DNA from: a virus
Lineage: Duplodnaviria > Caudoviricetes
Direction: 5' to 3' (one strand)
Length of the DNA: 64,000 bases
IMG/VR virus record: IMGVR_UViG_3300025392_000232
Span: 1-64,000 of that record
Part shown: positions 28,897 to 36,913 of the stretch, one piece after another
Layout: every line of letters begins with the position of its first letter
Numbering within the stretch: position 1 is the stretch's first letter
Translations under genes and position numbers: made by a program
The notes under the pieces: model-generated
The model's database searches: none
What the model was told of the DNA's origin: nothing
What the model saw: only the letters and a program-made list of their open reading frames with translations

Positions 28897-29160
28897 TTAT
28901 TTTACGCTGTCAAATATCTTCTGTTGAGAATTATACCATTCTATCCAACTATCAACCTTGTCCTTACAGCTATAATATTGACCATAGTTATCCGCTATTA
29001 CAGGCAATACATCGCTTAATTTGCTTGTATCGGGGATTTGATTTAAATCAGGACATGCTATTAACATATCTGCAGGAACATTTGGAAATTTCTCTGCTAC
29101 ATGGACGCCGGCCGCACAACCTGTAAGTAATAGTGCTATTACTAATATAAGATGTTTCAT
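28897..29160 (-). CDS. Outer-membrane spanin (Rz1-like lipoprotein)
   Basis: Lipobox LLTGC, Pro-rich segment, conserved Cys. Confidence 0.8.
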   Translation of the reverse strand: MKHLILVIALLLTGCAAGVHVAEKFPNVPADMLIACPDLNQIPDTSKLSDVLPVIADNYGQYYSCKDKVDSWIEWYNSQQKIFDSVK

Positions 29161-29621
29161 TTATTATCCTTTTTAAGAGGATTTTTTGCCGCATCGTTTA
29201 GATCTTTAATTGCTTCCGGAGCAACTTTACATTCTGCGTCTATGACTTGTGTATCTTTAACAATACGCTCTTTCACAGTAGTAATGTATTCTGTACGAAC
29301 CTTAGCTTTCTTACTGCGTTCGTCTGCTAGTTTAGCATTAGCATCTGCACTAGCCGCTTCTGCTTTAGCCACTCTATCTTCTGCTTCTTTTATCTGTGCC
29401 TTCCATACTGCGGTAACACCATCACCCCCGCACATAAATGTACCACCTAAGCAAATAATTATACAAAAAATTCGAAAAGGTTCTTTATAAGTTAATAAAA
29501 ACGGGACAAATACAAATATCAACCCCGAAAACATGTAACCTGCACCGCCTACACATGCAATAGTTAACCATACCCAAAAAGGTATTAAACCAACAATGTG
29601 TAATATTAGCCAGCTGAACAT
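29157..29621 (-). CDS. Inner-membrane spanin (Rz-like)
   Basis: N-terminal TM segments plus coiled coil; lies between endolysin and o-spanin. Confidence 0.75.
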   Translation of the reverse strand: MFSWLILHIVGLIPFWVWLTIACVGGAGYMFSGLIFVFVPFLLTYKEPFRIFCIIICLGGTFMCGGDGVTAVWKAQIKEAEDRVAKAEAASADANAKLADERSKKAKVRTEYITTVKERIVKDTQVIDAECKVAPEAIKDLNDAAKNPLKKDNK

Positions 29622-29623
29622 AA

Positions 29624-30253
29624 TTAACCTTGTAGTATTTGGTGTGCTTGTGCAGTATGTTGTTGACGTTCAGCCAATCCTAATGTTCCACCGTTAACTT
29701 TTTTAGTAATCCCTAAAACATCACCTCTGTCGGCTAGAGCATTTAAGTTATTGTTTTCCCAGAACCAGCAAGCTGATTGTACAGCACCTTCAAATGTTCC
29801 TAAAAATTCTGGAACTTGATCTACTGGAGTATCAATACTTTCAGCAAATGCCGCATAATTAGCCTTGCCTGTAATTTGGATTAATCCACGACCACAATAA
29901 TTCCAACCATCGCCACTGGCTTCGTCACCGTTGCCCATACGTCCTGCGTATGCTCTGTTGGCAATTTTTTCTGGTTGATGAGCATATTGATTTGCCACAT
30001 CCATATTAGGAAAATGACTAGGCCAAATTTTAACTAATGTTTCTGGACGATAATTAAGATTTTCTATAAGTGCCTTGTATCCAGCACTTTCTACCATAGT
30101 CTGCCCTAAAAAACATGCTACACGCTCTGGTGTATTAATATCATAATCAGGCAAAATTTTGCACAATGCCTCGTGCCAGTGTTCGCTATATGGATTATTT
30201 TGCAGTATTGCTGTACATTTCTCTTGAGAGAAATCAAATGTAAAATCTGTCAT
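29624..30253 (-). CDS. Endolysin, glycoside hydrolase family 19
   Basis: FLGQ..VES, ENLNY, GRGLIQITGKANY, TKKVNGG..GL.ER. Confidence 0.92.
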   Translation of the reverse strand: MTDFTFDFSQEKCTAILQNNPYSEHWHEALCKILPDYDINTPERVACFLGQTMVESAGYKALIENLNYRPETLVKIWPSHFPNMDVANQYAHQPEKIANRAYAGRMGNGDEASGDGWNYCGRGLIQITGKANYAAFAESIDTPVDQVPEFLGTFEGAVQSACWFWENNNLNALADRGDVLGITKKVNGGTLGLAERQQHTAQAHQILQG

Positions 30254-30984
30254 TATGCTTTCCTTTTAAGTGCAACGGCCCAGCCGTTATTTTCGAATAT
30301 AAATGCATCGCCAATTTTATTAATATTATAGTTACCAATAACTTTAGTTAAAAACATAACCTCAGCCATGTGTTGACTTTCTAAAATTATAGGGCCTTTA
30401 ATGTTGTTGTATATTTCTTCTTTAGTACCACTTGATATAATATCAAATGCTACAGTACCGCTGTATGTTCTATTAAATGTAATGCTTTCATCTAGTACAA
30501 TAATATCATCAGCATAACTGCGACTAAAAAATTCACTGAAATTATTCAGCGGATGACGTGTAGCGGCAATTTCGTATGCGGCTTTATCGGTTGGAATAGC
30601 GGCCGCTAGATTTTCTTCAGTAGCTTCTTCGCTTTTAAAATTTTTAAAATATCGAAAACGCATAGTTTCTAAACCAGATAATTTTTTAATACCTTCAATG
30701 ATTTCAAAAATTTGTTCTGGTAAATGTCTTGTGCGTTCGATTTCTACAAAAACTTTATAGTGTCCGTCATCAGTTTCACCGGGTGTTACATCTGCATCTA
30801 ATACAAAGTTGTAACCCATTTCGATAAAGTTTTCTAAATCCTTTGCAGGATCTTGTGTGTCTACAATGAATGTTAATACACATACTTCTTCATCGTCGCC
30901 CATTTTACTTTTGTGACTATCAATTTCAAATGTTTTCTTAATTAAATTTCTAAGATCGCTAGCACGTAGACTTTCATTTATCAT
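30253..30984 (-). CDS. Conserved phage hypothetical protein
   Basis: IDSHKSKMG...DL..FIE.GY.FVLDAD. Confidence 0.75.
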   Translation of the reverse strand: MINESLRASDLRNLIKKTFEIDSHKSKMGDDEEVCVLTFIVDTQDPAKDLENFIEMGYNFVLDADVTPGETDDGHYKVFVEIERTRHLPEQIFEIIEGIKKLSGLETMRFRYFKNFKSEEATEENLAAAIPTDKAAYEIAATRHPLNNFSEFFSRSYADDIIVLDESITFNRTYSGTVAFDIISSGTKEEIYNNIKGPIILESQHMAEVMFLTKVIGNYNINKIGDAFIFENNGWAVALKRKA

Positions 30985-31559
30985 ACTGGTGCTCCGCCTG
31001 CTGGTGCTCCGCCTGCCGGAGCCGCTGGAGCTGGTCCTGCTGGTGTAGGTGCCGCTGGAGCCGCTGGAGCTGGTGCCCCTGCTGGATTAGTACCACTAGT
31101 CGGGCCTGGTTCTACTTCCTTGTCCTCGTTTTTCATCTTGTCCATGTAACCTTTGTAGACATCAAATGCAATTTGTTTAGGCATTGCAATTTCTACAATC
31201 CATATAGGTTTGCGGTCCATTAGTCCTTTCTTGCTATTAGGACGAATGTCTTCTGGTGTACGAATCTTGCGTGGCTCGAGCAAATGGCTCTTTTGATAGC
31301 TAACTTTACATCCTAGTTCTGTTAATCGCTTGGCAGCCACAGGGTTTGGCATTTTATCTTTGTCCCACATGAATCCTGCTGTGATCCAGTGACGATCAAC
31401 TTTAGGCCCATAGGCTAGTTCGCCATCTTCCCAGTTTTCATATACATACATATCCATTTCGTCAAGAACTCGTTCAAAGTCCTTTAATACAGCTAGACTG
31501 CTGTTATTTTCGTATAGATCCTGTATGTTTTGAATAACGTCTAAAATATCGTGGTGCAT
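30981..31559 (-). CDS. Conserved phage hypothetical protein with Pro/Ala tail
   Basis: DFERVLDE..YVY.NW..GEL..GP...RHW. Confidence 0.75.
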   Translation of the reverse strand: MHHDILDVIQNIQDLYENNSSLAVLKDFERVLDEMDMYVYENWEDGELAYGPKVDRHWITAGFMWDKDKMPNPVAAKRLTELGCKVSYQKSHLLEPRKIRTPEDIRPNSKKGLMDRKPIWIVEIAMPKQIAFDVYKGYMDKMKNEDKEVEPGPTSGTNPAGAPAPAAPAAPTPAGPAPAAPAGGAPAGGAPV

Positions 31560-31717
31560 GTGTAGTCCTAGGTGATCTTATACTTATTTAGCTGGTTTGA
31601 AATCATAACATAACAGTTTATATTTCTAAGTATTCGTTAAATAATAGTGTAGGACCTCTGTAGTTATCAGGGCGGTCGCTACAAGTCTTACTTTTTTATA
31701 AGAGTAGGAGCAACTAG

Positions 31718-32437
31718 ATGAGTAAACAACGAGTGAAAAAGCGTTTTACATCAGAAGTTAATATCATTGATTTTCAGCCGTATCTTCCGGCAAAAAAGCA
31801 ACGTGTAACAATTCAGGCACGTAATGCTAATCAGAAACTATATCTCAGTAAATTGTATGCGGAGCAAACTAGCATAGTACTTGCTATTGGCCCAGCCGGT
31901 ACAGGTAAAACTATGTTGGCCGTACAACATGGGATTAAAATGTTTCAGGAAGGAAAAGTTGACAAGATCGTGGTAACAAGACCCGCCGTCTCTGTGGACG
32001 AGGATCTAGGATTTTTACCAGGTACATTAAATGAAAAAATGGCGCCATGGACAAGACCTATATTCGACGTTCTTGGAGAATATTACCAACAAAAAGAAAT
32101 AGCACACATGTTAGAGGAAGGAACTATCGAAATAAGCCCATTGGCCTACATGCGAGGCCGCACATTCAAAAATGCATACATCGTTGCAGATGAGATGCAA
32201 AACGCTACAGTAAATCAAATGAAAATGTTACTAACTCGCTTAGGCGAAGGAAGTAAAATGGTAGTTACAGGAGATTTAGCTCAGGCAGACCGAGTGAGCG
32301 ATAACGGTTTAATAAACTTTTGCAACCTACTCTCGGAAAAACAAGGACTTCATCATATCGATATTGTTAGATTTGATGCCAAGGACATCGAACGCCATAA
32401 TGCCGTGAAGGAGGTGCTTGCGGTTTATGGAGAATAA
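31718..32437 (+). CDS. phoH: PhoH-family ATPase
   Basis: GPAGTGKT, LGFLPG, YMRGRTF, DEMQN, TGDL.Q.D. Confidence 0.95.
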   Translation: MSKQRVKKRFTSEVNIIDFQPYLPAKKQRVTIQARNANQKLYLSKLYAEQTSIVLAIGPAGTGKTMLAVQHGIKMFQEGKVDKIVVTRPAVSVDEDLGFLPGTLNEKMAPWTRPIFDVLGEYYQQKEIAHMLEEGTIEISPLAYMRGRTFKNAYIVADEMQNATVNQMKMLLTRLGEGSKMVVTGDLAQADRVSDNGLINFCNLLSEKQGLHHIDIVRFDAKDIERHNAVKEVLAVYGE

Positions 32438-32465
32438 AATAGCTGTGCTATTTTAGATAGTCAAC

Positions 32466-32492
32466 AAAAAAGGGCCTTGATGGCCCTTTTTT
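32466..32492. terminator. Bidirectional intrinsic terminator
   Basis: AAAAAAGGGCC-TTGAT-GGCCCTTTTTT between convergent genes. Confidence 0.85.
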
Positions 32493-33267
32493 ATTTAAGT
32501 CCTAATTCTTTACGAATTTTTGTAGCACTAATATCTGTTACGCTTTCGTCAAATAATTCCTCGCCCGATGTGTATCCAACACCACGACCCCAGCCTATAT
32601 GTATAATGTTAGGAACAATCTGAATTTCATATTGTCCTTGATATAATGGATCTAAATCTCGGCGAATAAAATTTTTAACCTTTTCTACTTCAAAAGGATT
32701 GCTACCTTGCCACCCTTGTACATCGCGTACTTGAATAATAACTTGTCCGGTACGTGCTAGTAATCTTTCAAATAATGCACGGTGTCCATCATGCCACGGT
32801 TGCCACCGTCCTAGCATCTGTACAGTTTCTTTCTTCCAATCAAATACAGGACGTCTACGATTATCTAGAATATGCTCTGCAATGAAGTCCGCCCATTTTT
32901 CTGCATCTTGCTCTGTTATACGGAAATCATAGACTTCAGGTTCCTGGAACATAGCGTTGGTGTCTGCATATCTACCTTCACGGATAGTATCTACCCAAAT
33001 AGTCCAATCTGCTTTAAAGTTATTACGCATCTCTACTAGCGGTGCAACAAAGTCGCAAATAACAAATTTTGCATGACTATCATCAGCTAGGTTGCGCATA
33101 CGATGGCTTTGACGAATACGACCTTCGTGGCTAAAATCCCAATCATTGTATTGTTTACGAACATCATCGGCATTGAACCACATAGCATCTATTTTGTCTG
33201 CCAGCAACTTTGCTAATGTAGTTTTACCAGATCCTGGCAATCCCATGATTAAAATACGTTGTGTCAT
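32491..33267 (-). CDS. APS-kinase-like domain fused to an HxGH nucleotidyltransferase
   Basis: GLPGSGKTT, NADDVR, DFS.EGR..Q; second domain GRWQPWHDGH and ISATKIR. Confidence 0.85.
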   Translation of the reverse strand: MTQRILIMGLPGSGKTTLAKLLADKIDAMWFNADDVRKQYNDWDFSHEGRIRQSHRMRNLADDSHAKFVICDFVAPLVEMRNNFKADWTIWVDTIREGRYADTNAMFQEPEVYDFRITEQDAEKWADFIAEHILDNRRRPVFDWKKETVQMLGRWQPWHDGHRALFERLLARTGQVIIQVRDVQGWQGSNPFEVEKVKNFIRRDLDPLYQGQYEIQIVPNIIHIGWGRGVGYTSGEELFDESVTDISATKIRKELGLK

Positions 33268-33890
33268 AAATGATCCTTTATTTTACTTTTTATTTCTTCA
33301 TAATTTGCAGGTTGGGGTGTTTTAAATATAGTCGGGTCCGTTAATCGGTCAAAGTCTTCATACCATAAGTCCAAATCTATCTTAGCAGGTATATTATCAA
33401 CACTATGGTTTCGTACCTTAATAATTTCAATACATTGTCGTATGTCATTATCATCAATTGGCACTGTTTCTTTTAAAAACTTTTCAACTAATTCAGGAGG
33501 GTTAGTATGTACATTATACATCCACATATCTCTGCTACGTGCAATATAATTACTTGTAACTTGATCCAGCAAACTACGCCTACGTATCCTAATTTTAAAA
33601 CTATTAAATTGTAAATCATCGGCAATGTGCGGATACTGATTTCGTATGCCTTGTATCACACCTGAGTTGAATACATCATATGCCATTGTTTTTACAATAT
33701 ATGTTTTGTTCCTATGTGCATATTTGATGAATTCAGTAGGATCGACGTCTCTGCCGAGAGGCTCATTAAAATATTGTAGTTGTTTGAATTTCTTAGATAG
33801 TATTTCTCCAATAATACTACAACCAGTGCGTGGACTGGCATAGATAACAATCGGAAATTTAGAGATGTCTAAATTGGTTAAATCAAACAT
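33264..33890 (-). CDS. Sulfotransferase-like protein
   Basis: 5'-PSB-like SPRTGCS, FNEP, R...DQ..S, YED. Confidence 0.65.
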   Translation of the reverse strand: MFDLTNLDISKFPIVIYASPRTGCSIIGEILSKKFKQLQYFNEPLGRDVDPTEFIKYAHRNKTYIVKTMAYDVFNSGVIQGIRNQYPHIADDLQFNSFKIRIRRRSLLDQVTSNYIARSRDMWMYNVHTNPPELVEKFLKETVPIDDNDIRQCIEIIKVRNHSVDNIPAKIDLDLWYEDFDRLTDPTIFKTPQPANYEEIKSKIKDHL

Positions 33891-34803
33891 TCAAATGGCT
33901 CAAACGAATCAACGTCGCGGCCAGATTAATTTCGGGATCACTTACTAGCGTGTGATCTACTAGCCCTTGCTTGATAAGAAGGATAGCATTATCTTGTACT
34001 TTGCCTTCTCCAAAGATAGATACATTATCATATAGCCAGCGATAAATTTCTTCTATTTCTTCTGGTCTAGCTTGTCCACAAACAAGTTTACGAGCTTCGG
34101 TAATTTTGCCGGCTTTAAATAATTGCACCATCTCTATTTTGTAATCTGCTTGTCCGGTATCTCCGCGCTCCGGACTATGCAATTTACCATCGAGACTATT
34201 CATTTGTACTGTATTAATGCATTTACGCAAGTCAGGGTATGTTGCTTTAACAAATGTATCTAACGTATCTAGTTCAAATTCAACAGCTTCTGTGATTAAA
34301 ATCTCTGCCATACGAGCAGTAAATTCTGTAATGTCTACACGTTCAATATGGAATCCCTGGCAACGACTATGTAGTGCAGGTATGATACGATTAGGATAAT
34401 TACAAGTGAGAATAAATCGAGCAGTGGTATGATATTCTTCCATAACTCCGCGAAGTGCCGCTTGTGCGTTAGGGCTTAGATAGTCCGATTCGTCTAGCAA
34501 TACTACTTTGAAATCGCCAAACGGAATCATTTGCACAAAATTTACAATTTTATCTCTAACATCTTCCACAGAGTTTGTACGACTAGCATTAATTTCTAAT
34601 ACATCTAAGTCATTAATATCCAACTCATTAAACAAAATTTTAGCTAGAGTTGTTTTACCAATACCTGCATTACCGCTAAACAATAAGTGCGGAATACTTT
34701 TTTGCTTAATCCAATTTTCTACTTGTTCTTTTTGATGAGAATCTCTAAAAACATATCCATCGATAGTTTTAGGACGATATTTTTCAACCCATAATTCTTT
34801 CAT
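33883..34803 (-). CDS. Clamp loader ATPase (RFC / T4 gp44-like)
   Basis: WVEKYRP, GNAGIGKTT, INAS, LDESD, SRC motif. Confidence 0.93.
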   Translation of the reverse strand: MKELWVEKYRPKTIDGYVFRDSHQKEQVENWIKQKSIPHLLFSGNAGIGKTTLAKILFNELDINDLDVLEINASRTNSVEDVRDKIVNFVQMIPFGDFKVVLLDESDYLSPNAQAALRGVMEEYHTTARFILTCNYPNRIIPALHSRCQGFHIERVDITEFTARMAEILITEAVEFELDTLDTFVKATYPDLRKCINTVQMNSLDGKLHSPERGDTGQADYKIEMVQLFKAGKITEARKLVCGQARPEEIEEIYRWLYDNVSIFGEGKVQDNAILLIKQGLVDHTLVSDPEINLAATLIRLSHLNV

Positions 34804-34823
34804 ATGATTCCTTAGTTTTGTAT

Positions 34824-34852
34824 AGTATACAGGTGGAAACAGGACTAGTCAA
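34824..34852 (-). promoter_or_regulatory. sigma70-like promoter overlapped by an inverted repeat
   Basis: TTGACT-17-TATACT; the AACAGGACTA/TAGTCCTGTT stem carries the -35 box in its loop. Confidence 0.6.
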
Positions 34853-34875
34853 TAGTCCTGTTGCTCGATTAGAAC

Positions 34876-35277
34876 TTATTGTTCGAATGATGGTCTGGCA
34901 AATGTTCCAGGATCAAATGTCTGGTGCTCTACTTTACTGTGGCTACCAAATGTGTTATCGCCGGGATTTTCGTCGGTGACCATTAAGATACCTTTTATAT
35001 CTGCACGACGGATAACGATCTCGTTACCATCTTCGTCTACAACAGTAACACCGCGAGTCCAACGGCCATGTTCTAATAAAATCCATTCGCCGACTTTGAC
35101 ATCTTGTTGTTTTGGCCCGACCGCCCAAACTCTTCCCCAACGATGCCTAACACCTTCGCTTTTGCCGTCATCGCTTGGCAATACAATGCCTCCGGCAGAT
35201 ACTCGGACATCAAAATTCATATCCGTTACTAGTACATTGTCACGGATTGGTATAATTTTGCCAGTTACTACATTCAT
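34876..35277 (-). CDS. groES: GroES-like co-chaperonin
   Basis: PIRDNVLV, SAGGIVLP, G.V.AVGP, VKVG. Confidence 0.85.
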   Translation of the reverse strand: MNVVTGKIIPIRDNVLVTDMNFDVRVSAGGIVLPSDDGKSEGVRHRWGRVWAVGPKQQDVKVGEWILLEHGRWTRGVTVVDEDGNEIVIRRADIKGILMVTDENPGDNTFGSHSKVEHQTFDPGTFARPSFEQ

Positions 35278-35549
35278 TCTTTACCCTCTGGATCCATACT
35301 ACTAACATCTTTCTTAGCAGGTAGTGCTAAAGATTCTTGTATTTGATCTGGAACTCCAGCAGTATTAGCTTGTAGTTCTTCACGCTTTTGAATGATCTGT
35401 CCACCAGGACCGATTTTATCACCTCGGGCATTGACCTTCATATTACCTACTGCTAGGGTCATTTCATTTTTGTTGACTAATTTATTTAAATCAACTTCTT
35501 TACCGCGGGCGGTGCGATAAACTTGTCTTTGTTGTTCTTTCATTGCCAT
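35274..35549 (-). CDS. Conserved phage hypothetical protein
   Basis: YRTARGKEVD...AVGNMKVNARGD.IGPGG. Confidence 0.75.
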   Translation of the reverse strand: MAMKEQQRQVYRTARGKEVDLNKLVNKNEMTLAVGNMKVNARGDKIGPGGQIIQKREELQANTAGVPDQIQESLALPAKKDVSSMDPEGKE

Positions 35550-35575
35550 ATTAATCTCCTCGATTATAATACTAC

Positions 35576-36085
35576 TTATCTCAGGAATTCCTGCCAGTCT
35601 AAATTATATTTGACAGAATCCACTTGGTGTACTCCTAGTAAAAATAGCACAAAACTGGCTACACTGGACCCACGTCCTAAACCCCAAACTATATTATTTT
35701 CATTACAAGTATCTACAAAATGTTTACACCATTGTAGTAAGGGAATCATTCCACGAGCTTCAAATGCATCTATTTCAGCCTCTACCCGAGCAATTTGCTC
35801 TGGAGTTGTACATCTTGCCAAACACCATTCTTCTACATCAAAGTCTTTGTACTCTGCAGGCATGAACCAGTCGCTTTGAAGCGCAGAGTCAAAATCTTCG
35901 ATATCTATTTGATCTAATTGTTCGTTAAATTTCTGGAATGTAAATCCAGCAGTTTGCTCCAACTGCTCAATATCTTCAGTATAGTCTACTGTGATGTCTT
36001 TGAGGTTGGTTAATTTTCCTTGATAAAGGATTTTGAATATATCTAACGAATTAAAAATAGGATTACCGAATCGATCTAGGCGCAT
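35576..36085 (-). CDS. Stand-alone DNA polymerase III alpha (DnaE) fragment
   Basis: GLGRGSSVASFVLFLLGVHQVDSVKYNL...FL; ends before the catalytic PDID. Confidence 0.8.
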   Translation of the reverse strand: MRLDRFGNPIFNSLDIFKILYQGKLTNLKDITVDYTEDIEQLEQTAGFTFQKFNEQLDQIDIEDFDSALQSDWFMPAEYKDFDVEEWCLARCTTPEQIARVEAEIDAFEARGMIPLLQWCKHFVDTCNENNIVWGLGRGSSVASFVLFLLGVHQVDSVKYNLDWQEFLR

Positions 36086-36092
36086 AGCCTAT

Positions 36093-36121
36093 AGTTTAGT
36101 TGACTTTAACTAATTTGTCAA
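36093..36121 (-). promoter_or_regulatory. sigma70-like promoter giving a probably leaderless mRNA
   Basis: TTGACA-17-TAAACT, with ATG 7 nt downstream and no SD. Confidence 0.6.
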
Positions 36122-36320
36122 GGTTTTTATTGTCCATTAATTTCTTCAAAGCCGCATTTCTTCGATTGGACAATTCTTCTTTGTAGCTGTCTAGTAACCC
36201 TGCAATCTGATCTCTTACTAGAAAATTACTAGTCATAAAGTATTTTTTGGATAAGTCGCCGATTTTTAGTTCAAGCTCGGCGTCCTTGATTTGACTCAAA
36301 TCACCTGCTAGCGGATGCAT
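36096..36320 (-). CDS. Hypothetical protein
   Basis: 74-aa helical ORF. Confidence 0.7.
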   Translation of the reverse strand: MHPLAGDLSQIKDAELELKIGDLSKKYFMTSNFLVRDQIAGLLDSYKEELSNRRNAALKKLMDNKNLDKLVKVN

Positions 36321-36913
36321 TAATATTCACCTATGTTTTTAAGATATACAGTAGCACCTGCATTTACAGTCCATGCTTCGATAACTTCAATTTTTCCATT
36401 AGCTACTGATACAGTTGGAGGAGTTGTTCCGCCCGACCAACCAGTTGCAGTTCTGAATGTTCCGCCACCCGATGTTGCTAGCGTAGTAGTGTATGTACTA
36501 ATTCCTCCTACTAACAAAATTTTAACAACCGCGTATTGATTATTAGCAGGCCAATTGGTAAATGTTAGTACAGCATTGCCTCCAAGTGTAACTTGTTGGA
36601 TAGGACCATTATTTAAATCAATGTTTGTGCTGGCCGCAACAGTTCCATTATTAAAGAATTTACCGTTAAATTGATAATAAATTCCGTTATGTAGCGTAGT
36701 ACTTAACAAGTCGGTAGTACCAGAAAATGTGTCATCATTTCCAAAACTAGCAACTCTTATAGCATTAGCCTGTAGAGTAGTAATTTCTGTTTGTGCAGAT
36801 GCCAGTGCGGATTGGATAGCTGTGAAATTATCACGGAATCCTTGGCTGTCGTTATCTTGCCCTGCTACCGGGTAAGTTGTACTAATTGTAGAGGGGTTTA
36901 TCAAACTTGTCAT
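36320..36913 (-). CDS. Virion structural (baseplate/tail) protein
   Basis: YPVAGQDNDSQGFRDNF coiled-coil N-terminus, beta-rich C-terminus. Confidence 0.65.
   Translation of the reverse strand: MTSLINPSTISTTYPVAGQDNDSQGFRDNFTAIQSALASAQTEITTLQANAIRVASFGNDDTFSGTTDLLSTTLHNGIYYQFNGKFFNNGTVAASTNIDLNNGPIQQVTLGGNAVLTFTNWPANNQYAVVKILLVGGISTYTTTLATSGGGTFRTATGWSGGTTPPTVSVANGKIEVIEAWTVNAGATVYLKNIGEY

Noticed and set aside
30984-31085. GC-rich repeats encoding APAAPA/GGAP
   Set aside because: Ordinary low-complexity Pro/Ala tail of a protein; no sign of a separate element.
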